Shown here: positions 53,332 through 63,376 of the stretch, piece by piece
Layout of the letters: each line of letters begins with the position of its first letter
Numbering within the stretch: the stretch's first letter is position 1
NCBI GenBank assembly: GCA_018969715.1
Contig: JAGWXT010000007.1
Location: 11,044 to 75,043 of the forward strand
Length of the DNA stretch: 64,000 nt
Reading direction: 5' to 3'
Origin: Actinomycetales bacterium
GTDB lineage: Bacteria > Actinomycetota > Actinomycetes > S36-B12 > UBA5976
Position numbers and translations under genes: made by a program
Notes under the pieces: generated by a model
What the model saw: only the letters and a program-made list of their open reading frames with translations
Databases searched by the model: none
Told to the model about the DNA's origin: nothing

Positions 53332-53889
53332 GTGACCCCGTCCGCCCCACTCGGGCCGACTCCCCTGCGCTGGCTTGGCGCACTCACCGTTGTTGCCGCC
53401 GTCGCGGGGGCGACCCTGGCGGACCTGTGGGAGACATTCCTCGGCCGCCTCCTGCCGGTCCCGGCCTCCCCCGTGGGAGCCTGCCTGCTGATTGCCGCGG
53501 CGGTCGCCGGGTGGGCGGTGATGCTGCGTGGTCGCCTCAGCGCCCGACGATCGTGGCCGACGTCCGGCCACCCCGGGCAGCAGGTGCGGCGAGCGGTGAG
53601 CCCGATCCCGTCCGCGCGGACTCCCCGGCCGGTCCCCCCGTTGCTGGCGGCTCGCAGCCTCGCCCTCGCCCTCGCCGCCAGCCGGGTGGGCGCGCTCGTC
53701 ACCGGCTGCTACGCCGGCATCGCTGTGGTGTTTCTCGGAATGGCCGCACTGCCCGCAGGACGAGAACGGCTGGTGACCTGCGCGGCCGCTGTTGTCGCTG
53801 GCATCGCCCTGACGGCCAGCGGCCTGTGGCTGGAGCGGATCCTGCGCGTGCCCCCGAATGCGGCCGAGCCCGCCGGCGAGCCCGGCTGA
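53332..53889 (+). CDS. DUF3180-family membrane protein
   Basis: About 185 aa from GTG at 53332, with 4 TM segments. Its position after folK matches the conserved actinobacterial arrangement. Confidence 0.6.
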   Translation: MTPSAPLGPTPLRWLGALTVVAAVAGATLADLWETFLGRLLPVPASPVGACLLIAAAVAGWAVMLRGRLSARRSWPTSGHPGQQVRRAVSPIPSARTPRPVPPLLAARSLALALAASRVGALVTGCYAGIAVVFLGMAALPAGRERLVTCAAAVVAGIALTASGLWLERILRVPPNAAEPAGEPG

Positions 53890-53933
53890 TCCGGGGCGGG
53901 CCGCGTGCGAACGGCTGCCTACCCTGAGGGCAT

Positions 53934-54491
53934 ATGGACGCACCTCACGCACACGCGCTGCCGTCCGAGGCGCTGCCACCCCACGCGGGCGCACGTCCCT
54001 GCGATGCGCTGCCACCCGGCGCGGACTGGACCGGCGTCTCCCCACGGCTCGCCCTCGCCCGCCGGATCCGGCTCTGCGCAGCCGCCGGCCTCACGGCCGC
54101 TGCCATCGGCGCGGGTCTGGCCTGGGCGACCGCCGCCGGAGCCCCCAGCCGGCTGTGGGCGATCCTCGTTCTGCCGGTCATCGCCGTCCTTACCGGGTGG
54201 CCGATCATCGGCAGGCAGGTCCGCGCCTGGGGGTACCTCGAGCGCGAGGCCGATCTGCTCGTCCGCAGCGGGGTGCTGATCCAGCGGCTTGTCATCGTTC
54301 CGTACGGGCGCATGCAGATGGTCGATGTCACCGCGGGCCCGTTGGAGCGCTGGCTCGGGCTGGCGACGGTCCAGCTCCACACCGCGGCCGCCACCACTGA
54401 TGCGACCATTCCCGGACTGCCGCCGGGGCAGGCGGCCGGGCTCCGAGACCGGCTCGCCGCGCAGGGGGAGTCCCGGTCGGCGGGGATGTGA
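53934..54491 (+). CDS. bacterial PH-domain (bPH_2/YdbS-like) membrane protein
   Basis: Two TM segments, then LVRSGVLIQRLVIVPYGRMQMVDVTAGPLERWLGLATV, typical of the YdbS family. Confidence 0.75.
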   Translation: MDAPHAHALPSEALPPHAGARPCDALPPGADWTGVSPRLALARRIRLCAAAGLTAAAIGAGLAWATAAGAPSRLWAILVLPVIAVLTGWPIIGRQVRAWGYLEREADLLVRSGVLIQRLVIVPYGRMQMVDVTAGPLERWLGLATVQLHTAAATTDATIPGLPPGQAAGLRDRLAAQGESRSAGM

Positions 54492-55891
54492 TGGCCGTGT
54501 CCGCGGAGCCGACCGGTCACGACGGTGCATCGGCGCCCGGACCACTGGTGCCCGCGCCAGCGGTGCTGCGGGCGACGTCACCGGCGCGGCTGTCACCGAC
54601 CTCGCCACTGGTTGACATCGCCCAGGCGCTGCCCGGCGTTCTCGTTGTCGTCCTGCTGCTGCGGTCGGAGCTGCTGCCCCGGCTCCCCCTCCCCGCGTTG
54701 GGGGTGCCCGCGCTGCTCGGAATAGGCATGACCGTCGTCGCACTGGCGCGGCTGCTGCGCTGGTGGCGTCTGCGGTACTGGTTCGATGAGGAGGGCGACC
54801 TGCGCCTGGACTCCGGCGTGGTCGTTCGCGAGCATCGGCGACTGGCGCTGTCGCGCGTGCAGTCTGTTGATGTCGGACAGCCGCTGCTTGCCCGCGTGAT
54901 CGGGCTTGCCGATGTGCGCATTGAGGTTGCCGGTGCCGGGGACACCCGGATCCGGCTGGCCTACCTGCCCATGTCGGCCGCACGTGACCTGCGTGCGGGG
55001 GTGCTCGCCCGGGCCGCCGGCCTCCCCGCGGATGTCGGGGAGGCACCCGAGACCGTCCTGCACCGTGTGCCGACCGGGGTGCTCATCACCTCGGCGGTCC
55101 TGGCTGCGGTGCCGCTGCTGGCTGGCCTGCTGATCGCTGTTGGTGGGCTCATCGCGCTGGCGGTCCTCGGCAACGGCATCACCCTGATCCTGTTGTTCAC
55201 CATCCTCGGGCCCGCCATCGCTGCGGGCCGACGGGTCCTGCAGTGGTACGACTTCACCGTCGCCCAGTCCCCGGACGGCCTGCGACTGCGCTCGGGCCTG
55301 ATCACCCGGAGCAGCCACACCGTGCCACCAGGCCGGGTGCACGCATGTGCGGTGAGCGAGCCGCTGCTGTGGCGCGCCCGGGGCTGGCGTCGGGTGACGA
55401 TGACGGTCGCCGGGCAGCCCGGGGGCGATGAGCAGAACACACCCGACACGCTGATCCCCGTCGCCGATCCGGAACTGGCGGCGGCGCTGATCGGCCGCGT
55501 GCTGCCCGGTATCGACCTCGCCGGGCTGCCCTGGCAGCAGGCGCCGCCCCGTGTGCGCTGGCGCTCCCCGCTGGCGGCGCGGACGATGGCCTGTGCGGTG
55601 ACCGACGAGGGGGTTGCGGTGCGCGCCGGGACGTTCACCGTCACCACCACCATCGCGGCTCACGCGCGCTGCCAGAGTGTGCGGATCACACAGGGACCCT
55701 GGGAGCGGTCGCTGGGGTTGGCGAGCCTGGCGGTCGACCTCACTCCCGGGCCGGTCAGCCTCCACACCCGGGTGGCCGCGCACCTCGCGGGGCCGCTCGC
55801 CGAGACCCTCGCCGCGCACGGACGCCGGGCACGGGCTGCGGAGGGTCCCGCGCGGTGGCGTCAGCCGGTGGCCGGGGGGCCGCTTCGTTGA
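54488..55891 (+). CDS. triple bPH_2-domain (YdbT-like) membrane protein
   Basis: 467 aa with three repeats of the ...R....L.RVQSVD..Q.L..R..GLA.. type separated by TM pairs. It overlaps the YdbS-like gene by 4 nt. Confidence 0.75.
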   Translation: MMAVSAEPTGHDGASAPGPLVPAPAVLRATSPARLSPTSPLVDIAQALPGVLVVVLLLRSELLPRLPLPALGVPALLGIGMTVVALARLLRWWRLRYWFDEEGDLRLDSGVVVREHRRLALSRVQSVDVGQPLLARVIGLADVRIEVAGAGDTRIRLAYLPMSAARDLRAGVLARAAGLPADVGEAPETVLHRVPTGVLITSAVLAAVPLLAGLLIAVGGLIALAVLGNGITLILLFTILGPAIAAGRRVLQWYDFTVAQSPDGLRLRSGLITRSSHTVPPGRVHACAVSEPLLWRARGWRRVTMTVAGQPGGDEQNTPDTLIPVADPELAAALIGRVLPGIDLAGLPWQQAPPRVRWRSPLAARTMACAVTDEGVAVRAGTFTVTTTIAAHARCQSVRITQGPWERSLGLASLAVDLTPGPVSLHTRVAAHLAGPLAETLAAHGRRARAAEGPARWRQPVAGGPLR

Positions 55892-56793
55892 CGCCATCCT
55901 TGACCCGACCTGCGCTGGCCCTGATCGGCCCCGGTCGCGCCGGCACCGTCCTGACGCGGGCATGGCAGCGCGCCGGGTATCCGCTGGTGGCCGTCGCTGC
56001 CCGCGGGCCCGACTCTGTGGCGCGGGCACATGATCTGCTCGGGGGGGAGGAGCCGACCACCCCGGAGCAGGCCGCGGAGCAGGCAGCGGTGGTCCTACTC
56101 GGGGTCGCCGATGACGACATCGCCGCCCTCACCGCTCGTCTGCTGCGGGCGGGCAGCCTGCATGCCGGGCAGTGCCTGGTCCACCTGTCGGGTCGATACG
56201 GCATTGGCGTGCTGCACGCGGCGCAGGCCATCGGGGTGATCCCGTTGGCCCTGCACCCGATCATGACGTTCACCGGGACCTCAGTCGACCTCGGACGACT
56301 GAGCGGAACGCCTTTCGGGGTGACCGCACCGGAGCAGCACCGGCCCATTGCCGAGACGCTTGTGGTCGAGGCCGGTGGTCAGCCGGTGTGGATCGATGAG
56401 CAGGCCCGGCCGGCGTACCACGCGGCCCTCACCGTGGCCGCAAATCACACCGCGACCCTGTTGCGGGCCAGTGCGGCCCTGCTCACCGAATCAGGGGTGA
56501 CCGATCCCGCCGCCCTACTCGGGCCGGTTGTCCGCGCCAGCTGTGACAACGCCCTCGCACGCGGTGCGCCGGCGATGACCGGACCGGTCCCCCGGGGGGA
56601 CCTGACGACGCTGACAGAGCACCTGGACACGCTGTCGGCCAGTCCACCCGTGCTGGCCGCCTATCGGGCGGTCGCCCTGCTCACCACCGAGCACGCCGGG
56701 GATGCCGGGCTGCTCAGTCCCGCGGCGGCCCACCGCATCCGTGCCCTCCTCACCGCGCCGGTGGGCAGCCCACCAGCGGATGCCAGCCCATGA
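55888..56793 (+). CDS. Rossmann-fold DUF2520-family protein (ketopantoate-reductase-like)
   Basis: LALIGPGRAGTVL dinucleotide-binding motif. The TTG at 55888 overlaps the previous stop. It sits directly upstream of panC, as in other actinobacteria. Confidence 0.7.
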   Translation: MTPSLTRPALALIGPGRAGTVLTRAWQRAGYPLVAVAARGPDSVARAHDLLGGEEPTTPEQAAEQAAVVLLGVADDDIAALTARLLRAGSLHAGQCLVHLSGRYGIGVLHAAQAIGVIPLALHPIMTFTGTSVDLGRLSGTPFGVTAPEQHRPIAETLVVEAGGQPVWIDEQARPAYHAALTVAANHTATLLRASAALLTESGVTDPAALLGPVVRASCDNALARGAPAMTGPVPRGDLTTLTEHLDTLSASPPVLAAYRAVALLTTEHAGDAGLLSPAAAHRIRALLTAPVGSPPADASP

Positions 56794-57695
56794 GCGACAG
56801 TGCCCAGCCCATGGGCGTTGTGCTGCTCAGCGGACTGGACGACCTGCACGGCTGGCGCGCCACCCATGGCGGGGGTACCCGTGCCCTCGTCCCCACCATG
56901 GGGGCCCTGCACGCCGGCCATGCCGCACTTATCGCCCGCGCCCGCGCGGATCTCGGCGGCGACGGCCGCGTGCTGGTGAGCATCTTCGTCAATCCTCGGC
57001 AGTTCGCCGCGGGGGAGGACCTCGCCCGCTATCCGCGCACCCTTGCGGCCGACTGCCGACTCGCCGCCGCGGCCGGGGCGGATGCGGTCTGGGCGCCGTC
57101 AGTGGCCGACATCTACCCGGCCCCGGCCGATGAGGGTGGCACCCCGTCGGTTCCGACCATCCACGCCATGACGGTCCGACCGGACCTCGCCGACCGCTGG
57201 GAGGCCGCAGCACGGCCCCACCACTTCGACGGTGTGCTCACCGTGGTCAACCGGCTGTTCGAGGTGACCCAGCCCGATCTCGCCTACTTCGGGGAGAAGG
57301 ACTACCAGCAGTTGGTCCTCGTCACCGCACTGGCCGCGCAGCGTTTCCCGGCCCTGCAGGTGGTGCCCGTTCCCACGGTGCGCGACGATGACGGGGTGGC
57401 CCTGTCCAGTCGCAATGTCTTCCTCACCGACGATGAGCGTCGGCAGGCGCGCGCCCTCCCAGCCGCCCTTGGCGCCGCGGCGACAGCCCTGGCCGCTGGA
57501 CGGCCGGCGGACTGGGTATGTGCGGACGTGCGAGGCCGCCTCACCAAGGCCGGACTTGAGGTCGACTACGTGGCGGTCTCGCCGCCCCTGCTCCCCGGGT
57601 TCGACGGTGCCGGGCGCCTGCTCGCAGCCGTCCGGTGCGGCAGTGTGCGCCTGCTCGACACCCGGGCGGTCGGACGCGATGAGCGGACCCGATGA
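56790..57695 (+). CDS. panC: pantoate--beta-alanine ligase
   Basis: The VPTMGALHAGHAALI, FVNPRQF and FGEKDYQQL motifs. Confidence 0.95.
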   Translation: MSDSAQPMGVVLLSGLDDLHGWRATHGGGTRALVPTMGALHAGHAALIARARADLGGDGRVLVSIFVNPRQFAAGEDLARYPRTLAADCRLAAAAGADAVWAPSVADIYPAPADEGGTPSVPTIHAMTVRPDLADRWEAAARPHHFDGVLTVVNRLFEVTQPDLAYFGEKDYQQLVLVTALAAQRFPALQVVPVPTVRDDDGVALSSRNVFLTDDERRQARALPAALGAAATALAAGRPADWVCADVRGRLTKAGLEVDYVAVSPPLLPGFDGAGRLLAAVRCGSVRLLDTRAVGRDERTR

Positions 57696-59407
57696 CGAGC
57701 AGTTCCGTGACGGCAGTGGGCACCGGTCTGCCGACGTCGCTGCCGGCAGCCGACCCGGGCTGGGAGGTGGATACGGATGTCGTCGTGATCGGCTCGGGCG
57801 TGGCAGGCCTGACCGCGGCGCTCACCGCCCGCGACGGCGGTGCCCGGGTCACCCTGCTCACCAAGGGTGATCTCACCTCCGGATCGACGGCGTGGGCGCA
57901 GGGCGGGGTGGCGGTGGCGCTTGGCGATGAGGACAGCCCCGAGGACCACCTCAGTGACACCCTCATCGCCGGGGCGGGTCTGTGCGAGGAGTCCGCGGTT
58001 CGGATCCTCGTCTCGGAGGGGCCGGCAGCGGTGCGCCGGCTCATGGCCCGGGGTGCGCACTTCGATGCCGACGCTGCCGGTCATATCGCCCTCACGCGTG
58101 AGGGCGGCCACCGTCGCAGCCGGATCGTCCACGCCGGTGGCGATGCCACCGGAGCGGAGATATCCCGCGCGCTCACCGCGGCGGTCCTCGCCGATCCAGG
58201 GATCGAGGTCTGGTGCACGGCGATGGCCCTCGATGCGGTGCGCCTGCCGACTGGCCGGGTGGTGGGGGTGCGCATGCATGTCGTCGGCGAGGGGCGACCG
58301 GATGGGATCGGACTGGTGCGGGCCGGCGCGGTGGTGCTCGCGACCGGGGGGTCGGGGGCGGTCTTCGCCCAGACGACCAATCCGGGCAGTGCCACCGGCG
58401 ATGGGCTGGCCCTCGCGCTGCGCGCCGGGGCTGCGGTGGCGGACATGGAATTCGTCCAGTTCCACCCAACTGTGCTGTGGGTGGGTTACGGCGCGCGCGG
58501 CAGTCAGCCGCTGGTCAGCGAGGCCGTCCGTGGTGAGGGTGCGGTCCTGCGGGCACCCGATGGTGCCCTGCTCATGCCGGGGCGACACCCCCTGGCCGAC
58601 CTTGCGCCACGGGATGTCGTCGCGGCGGCGATCGCGCAGGTGCAGCGGACAACCGGGGCACCGCATGTGTGGCTCGACGGCACTGGGCTCGGTGAGCGGA
58701 CGTGGCTGCACCGGTTCCCGACGATCCTTGCCTCCTGCCGCAGCCGGGGCATCGACCCGGTGACGGAGTGGATCCCGGTTGTCCCCGCCGCCCACTACTT
58801 CGGCGGCGGGGTCGTCGCCGACATGTCTGGGCGAACCGAGGTTCCAGGCCTGTACGCGGTGGGGGAGTGCGCCTGTACGGGGGTCCATGGGGCGAACCGG
58901 CTGGCCTCGAACTCGCTCCTGGAGGGGCTCGTCGTCGGTGAGCGACTGGGCCGGCTGCTCGGCACCATCCGCGTCGACCCCGCACCGGCACCCGACGCCG
59001 GTGCTGTCGCCGCCGCCGGCGCGGGCCTGCCTGCCCCCGGCACTGCTGCGATCGGCGGCTACGCCCTCGACCCGCTCGTCTTCGGTGAGATCACCAGGCT
59101 TACCACCGACTGTGCCGGGGTCGAGCGTTCAGCCGACGCCCTCCGCACGGGCCTGCGAGCCCTCGCCGACCTGCGCCGGCAGACGACCCCGGAGCCGGTC
59201 ACCCCGGCGTGGGAGACGACCAACGCCCACACGGTCAGCACGTTCATCCTCGCCGCGGCGCTGGAGCGAACCGAGTCACGCGGCACCCATCGGCGACGCG
59301 ATTTCCCCGCCACGGCCCCAGAATGGCGAGCCCGGCTGATCGGCCGCCTCAGTCAAGGGGAGCCGGCTTTCACCACGGAGCCCCTGTCCGGGCCTTCCCA
59401 CCCATGA
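57692..59407 (+). CDS. nadB: L-aspartate oxidase
   Basis: FAD motif DVVVIGSGVAGLTAAL, plus WAQGGVA, HPT, RGEGA and GLYAVGECACTGVHGANRLASNSLLE. Confidence 0.95.
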   Translation: MTSSSVTAVGTGLPTSLPAADPGWEVDTDVVVIGSGVAGLTAALTARDGGARVTLLTKGDLTSGSTAWAQGGVAVALGDEDSPEDHLSDTLIAGAGLCEESAVRILVSEGPAAVRRLMARGAHFDADAAGHIALTREGGHRRSRIVHAGGDATGAEISRALTAAVLADPGIEVWCTAMALDAVRLPTGRVVGVRMHVVGEGRPDGIGLVRAGAVVLATGGSGAVFAQTTNPGSATGDGLALALRAGAAVADMEFVQFHPTVLWVGYGARGSQPLVSEAVRGEGAVLRAPDGALLMPGRHPLADLAPRDVVAAAIAQVQRTTGAPHVWLDGTGLGERTWLHRFPTILASCRSRGIDPVTEWIPVVPAAHYFGGGVVADMSGRTEVPGLYAVGECACTGVHGANRLASNSLLEGLVVGERLGRLLGTIRVDPAPAPDAGAVAAAGAGLPAPGTAAIGGYALDPLVFGEITRLTTDCAGVERSADALRTGLRALADLRRQTTPEPVTPAWETTNAHTVSTFILAAALERTESRGTHRRRDFPATAPEWRARLIGRLSQGEPAFTTEPLSGPSHP

Positions 59408-60369
59408 CCGCGTTCCCCCCGGGGGTGGCGTGGCCGACGAAGCAGACCGTCGAGGCCCTCACCGCCGCCGGGGTGGCGCCGGCCGGCGTGGTGGCCATCA
59501 TTCGCGCGGCGCTCACCGAGGATGGGGTGCTCGACGCGGACGGCCGGATCCTCCCGGATCCCACCACCTGGGCCACGATCCCCGCCGATCATGTGAGCAC
59601 GCTGGTGCTGCGGGCGCGCCGATCGGGGGTGGTGGCGGGCGTGCCCTGCGCGGCCGCGGCCTTCGAGATGCTCGGTGCGAGCGCGGCCGGTCCGGGCCAG
59701 CCGATGGTCGTGAGGATCATCCGGGCGGATGGGGCGGCGGTCCAGCCCACCGACGCAATCCTCACCGTCACCGGCAACACCCGCACCCTGCTGTTGGCTG
59801 AGCGCACCGCCCTGAACCTGCTCAGCCACCTCTCCGGGATCGCAACCCTCACCGCGCAGTGGGTGGCGGCGGTGGCCGGCACCGGCGCGGTGATCCGCGA
59901 CACCCGCAAGACCACACCCGGGCTGCGGGTGCTGGAGAAGTACGCGGTCCGCTGCGGTGGTGGCCACAACCACCGGATGACGCTGTGCGATGCCGCGCTG
60001 ATCAAGGACAACCACGTCGCAGCGGCGGGCGGCGTGACCGAGGCCATCCGGGCGGTCCGCATCGCCCATCCGATGCTGCCCTGTGAGGTCGAGGTCGACA
60101 CCCTCGCTCAGCTCGACGAGGCGCTGGCGGCCGGCGCTGCGGAGATCCTGCTGGACAACTTCGACCTCCCCGGCCTGACCCACGCCGTCGCACGGGTCGC
60201 CGGTCGGGCGCGGCTGGAGGCGAGCGGCGGGCTGACCCTCTCCGATGCCGCGGCGGTGGCGGCAACCGGGGTGGACTTCCTTGCCGTGGGCGCCCTCACC
60301 CACTCAGCGCCCGTGCTCGATATCGGGGGCGATCTGATCGCGGTCGACGGCGGCCCCGACCCCGATTAG
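59404..60369 (+). CDS. nadC: nicotinate-nucleotide diphosphorylase (quinolinate phosphoribosyltransferase)
   Basis: The ATG at 59404 overlaps the nadB stop. It has ERTALNLLSHLSGIAT, RDTRKTTPGLR, EKYAVRCGGGHNHR and IKDNH. Confidence 0.93.
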   Translation: MTAFPPGVAWPTKQTVEALTAAGVAPAGVVAIIRAALTEDGVLDADGRILPDPTTWATIPADHVSTLVLRARRSGVVAGVPCAAAAFEMLGASAAGPGQPMVVRIIRADGAAVQPTDAILTVTGNTRTLLLAERTALNLLSHLSGIATLTAQWVAAVAGTGAVIRDTRKTTPGLRVLEKYAVRCGGGHNHRMTLCDAALIKDNHVAAAGGVTEAIRAVRIAHPMLPCEVEVDTLAQLDEALAAGAAEILLDNFDLPGLTHAVARVAGRARLEASGGLTLSDAAAVAATGVDFLAVGALTHSAPVLDIGGDLIAVDGGPDPD

Positions 60370-60379
60370 GGTGTGGCCG

Positions 60380-61168
60380 ATGCTCCTTGCCATCGATGTC
60401 GGCAACACCAACACCGTCGTGGGTCTCTATGAGGACGACCGGCTGTGCGAGTCGTGGCGGCTGAAGACCGATCCGGCAACCACCGCCGATGAGCATCATC
60501 TGGCCTACCGTGCGCTGCTGCAGTCCGATTGGCCCGATCCCACGGGGATCGCCCTGTGCTCAACCGTCCCGGCTGTCCTGCGTGAACTGCGCTGGATGCT
60601 CGCCCGCTACTACGCCGACCTGCCCACGGTCATCGTGGAACCGGGCACGCGCACCGGGGTGCGGATCGTGACCGACAACCCACGTGAGGTCGGCGCCGAC
60701 CGGATCGTCAACACCCTTGCCGCCCATGACCGGCACGGCGGCCCCTGTGTCGTGGTCGACTTCGGAACCTCGACCAACTTCGATGTCGTGGGTCCGGCGG
60801 GCGAGTTCCTCGGTGGCGCCCTGGCACCGGGCATTCAGATCTCCTTGGACGCCCTCGCCGCGCGTGCCGCCCAGCTGCGCAAGGTCGAGCTCCAGCTGCC
60901 GCGGTCGGTCATCGGACGGAACACCGTTGAGTCCCTGCAGTCCGGCGCCATCTACGGATTCGCGGGCCAGGTGGACGGCATCGTCAGCCGGATCGCTGCG
61001 GAGACCGGCCCGCTGACCGCGGTCATTGCCACCGGGGGGCTGGCTGAGCTCGTCGTCGACCAGTCCTCGACCATCACCCACCATGAGGCCGATCTCACCC
61101 TGCATGGGCTGCGGTTGGTCTTCCAGCGAAACCAGCTGGCTGGTGGGGCGGTCGACCCCAGCCCGTGA
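60380..61168 (+). CDS. coaX: type III pantothenate kinase
   Basis: MLLAIDVGNTNTVVGLY N-terminus, plus VVDFGTSTNFD and ATGGLA. Confidence 0.93.
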   Translation: MLLAIDVGNTNTVVGLYEDDRLCESWRLKTDPATTADEHHLAYRALLQSDWPDPTGIALCSTVPAVLRELRWMLARYYADLPTVIVEPGTRTGVRIVTDNPREVGADRIVNTLAAHDRHGGPCVVVDFGTSTNFDVVGPAGEFLGGALAPGIQISLDALAARAAQLRKVELQLPRSVIGRNTVESLQSGAIYGFAGQVDGIVSRIAAETGPLTAVIATGGLAELVVDQSSTITHHEADLTLHGLRLVFQRNQLAGGAVDPSP

Positions 61169-61237
61169 TGTGGATCGCATCGGCGCGGTGAGAAAGCAGC
61201 GATCGCGCTGCCCGCGACGCGACTACCCTCCCCTTCT

Positions 61238-62770
61238 GTGACCGGCCCTTCTGTGACCGGCCCCGCTGCCACCGGCCCGGCCGCTGCCGGTGCCGATGGC
61301 AGCGACCAGCATGCCGCCCGGCTGCGGACCGTGGACCGGCTGCGTGGGCGCGGGGTCGAGCCCTACCCGGTGGGCTTCCAGCCCGCAGCATCGATCAGTG
61401 AGGTGCGTGCTCGCGCCGGGGACCTGGCGCCGGACAGCCGCACTGGGATCGTCACCTCGATTGCCGGCCGGGTCATGCTCAACCGGGTCACCGGCGCCCT
61501 GGTCTTCGCAACCGTGCGGGATGCGACCGGCGACCTGCAGGTGATGCTGACCGCCGACACCACCGGGGCTGCGGCGCTGGCGGAATGGAAGAGCGATGTC
61601 GACCTCGGCGACCTGGTGGGGATCACCGGAACCATCGTCACGACCCGTCGGGGTGAGTTGAGCGTGCTGGTGTCCGAGTGGCTCATCACCGCCAAGGCCC
61701 TCCACCCACTGCCGGAGAAGTACCGCGGACTCACCGATCCGGAGGCCCGCATCCGCGCCCGCTACCTCGACCTGCTGCTGCGCCCGGAGGCACGGATGAT
61801 GGTGCGCGCCCGGGCCGACGTCCTTGCCAGCCTGCGGCGAAACCTTGATGTGCGCGGCTTCTGTGAAGTGGAGACGCCCATGCTGCAGGTGATGCCGGGG
61901 GGTGCCAATGCCCGCCCCTTCATCACCCACAGCAATGCCTACGATCTGCCGCTCTACCTGCGCATCGCCCCCGAGCTGTACCTCAAGCGACTGCTGGTCG
62001 GCGGGCTGGAACGGGTCTACGAGATCAACCGGAACTTCCGCAATGAAGGGGCTGACTCGCGGCACAATCCCGAGTTCACCATGCTCGAGATGTATGAGGC
62101 CCATGGCGACTACCACAGCATGGCCGACCTCACCCGCATGCTGATCCTCGACTGTGCCCAGACCCTGCACGATGCGCCCATCGCCCGACACGACGATGCC
62201 GAGCACGACCTTTCCGGCCCCTGGCCGTGGGTGACCGTGTGGCAGGGGCTGTCGGAGCGGCTGGGGGAGGTCATCACACCGGACACCCCCGTTGCAACCT
62301 TGCGCACCCATGCCCAACGGCTCGACATCGCCCTCGATCCCAGCTGGTCTGCGGGCACGGTCATCCTCGAGCTGTACGAGCACCTACTGGAGGCGACCAC
62401 GGTCAGCCCGACCTTCTACGCGGACTTCCCCGCCGATGTCAGCCCGCTCACGCGGGGCCACCGCAGCCTCGCAGGTGCCGCTGAGCGCTGGGATCTGGTC
62501 GCCTTCGGAGCTGAGATCGCCACGGGGTACACCGAGCTCAACGACCCGGCCGAGCAGCGCCGACGACTCGAGGCCCAGGCACAGCGCGGGCGCGCCGGCG
62601 ATGACGAGGCGATGCGCGTGGACGAGGACTTCCTGCGCGCCCTCGAGCATGCGATGCCCCCCGCCGGCGGCCAGGGCATGGGGGTGGACCGGCTGCTGAT
62701 GATGCTCACCGGACGGGGGATACGGGAGACCGTCCTCTTCCCCCTTGTGCGCCCACTGCCCGGTGGCTGA
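61238..62770 (+). CDS. lysS: lysine--tRNA ligase (class II)
   Basis: OB-fold N-domain, the RNFRNEG motif and class II motifs 2 and 3 (GMGVDRLLM). The exact start is uncertain within a short repeated N-terminal extension. Confidence 0.93.
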   Translation: MTGPSVTGPAATGPAAAGADGSDQHAARLRTVDRLRGRGVEPYPVGFQPAASISEVRARAGDLAPDSRTGIVTSIAGRVMLNRVTGALVFATVRDATGDLQVMLTADTTGAAALAEWKSDVDLGDLVGITGTIVTTRRGELSVLVSEWLITAKALHPLPEKYRGLTDPEARIRARYLDLLLRPEARMMVRARADVLASLRRNLDVRGFCEVETPMLQVMPGGANARPFITHSNAYDLPLYLRIAPELYLKRLLVGGLERVYEINRNFRNEGADSRHNPEFTMLEMYEAHGDYHSMADLTRMLILDCAQTLHDAPIARHDDAEHDLSGPWPWVTVWQGLSERLGEVITPDTPVATLRTHAQRLDIALDPSWSAGTVILELYEHLLEATTVSPTFYADFPADVSPLTRGHRSLAGAAERWDLVAFGAEIATGYTELNDPAEQRRRLEAQAQRGRAGDDEAMRVDEDFLRALEHAMPPAGGQGMGVDRLLMMLTGRGIRETVLFPLVRPLPGG

Positions 62771-62777
62771 GGTCCCG

Positions 62778-63329
62778 GTGGCTGATGACGCATTGGTCGA
62801 CCCGCCGCGCAGCGGCTCCCCACTGGTCGACCCGCCGCTGATCCGTCCGGCGCTGACCCGCGATGTGCTGGCGATCGCGCGGCTGGTCGACGCCTACAGC
62901 GGACCCGGCCAGCTGCTGGCAAAGTCCCTGGTCACCCTCTACGAGGACGTCCCCGAGTTCATCGTCGCAGACCACGGTGGTGAGGTGATCGGCTGCGGTG
63001 CCCTGCACGTGATGTGGGAGGACCTGGCGGAGGTGCGCTCGCTGGCTGTGCGCCCCGCTGCGCAGTCCCGCGGGGTGGGGTCGACCCTGCTCGAGGCCCT
63101 GCTGGCCCGGGCGCGCACCCTCGGGGTGACGCGAGTGTTCTGCCTGACGTTTCAGACCCGGTTCTTCGGCCGCCACGGCTTCACCGAGATCGACGCCGCC
63201 CCGGTGACCGAGGCGGTGTACCAGCAGATGCTGCAGTCCTTCGACGATGGCGTTGCCGAGTTCCTGGAGCTTGAGCGGGTGAAGGCCAACACCCTCGGCA
63301 ACACTCGCATGCTGCGCCATCTCACCTGA
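62778..63329 (+). CDS. GNAT-family N-acetyltransferase (short ArgA-like amino-acid acetyltransferase)
   Basis: Acetyl-CoA motif RSLAVRPAAQSRGVGSTLLEAL. GTG at 62778 follows the lysS stop. Confidence 0.7.
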   Translation: MADDALVDPPRSGSPLVDPPLIRPALTRDVLAIARLVDAYSGPGQLLAKSLVTLYEDVPEFIVADHGGEVIGCGALHVMWEDLAEVRSLAVRPAAQSRGVGSTLLEALLARARTLGVTRVFCLTFQTRFFGRHGFTEIDAAPVTEAVYQQMLQSFDDGVAEFLELERVKANTLGNTRMLRHLT

Positions 63330-63376
63330 GCGGGGGCGGGATCCCTCCCGGCTCGGCCGGTGCTGCGCCGGACAAC

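Noticed and set aside
61223-61252. 15-bp tandem duplication (ccttctgtgaccggc x2) at the lysS 5' end
   Set aside because: There are only two copies. It encodes a short repeated N-terminal extension (SVTGP) of uncertain translation and is too small to support any functional claim.
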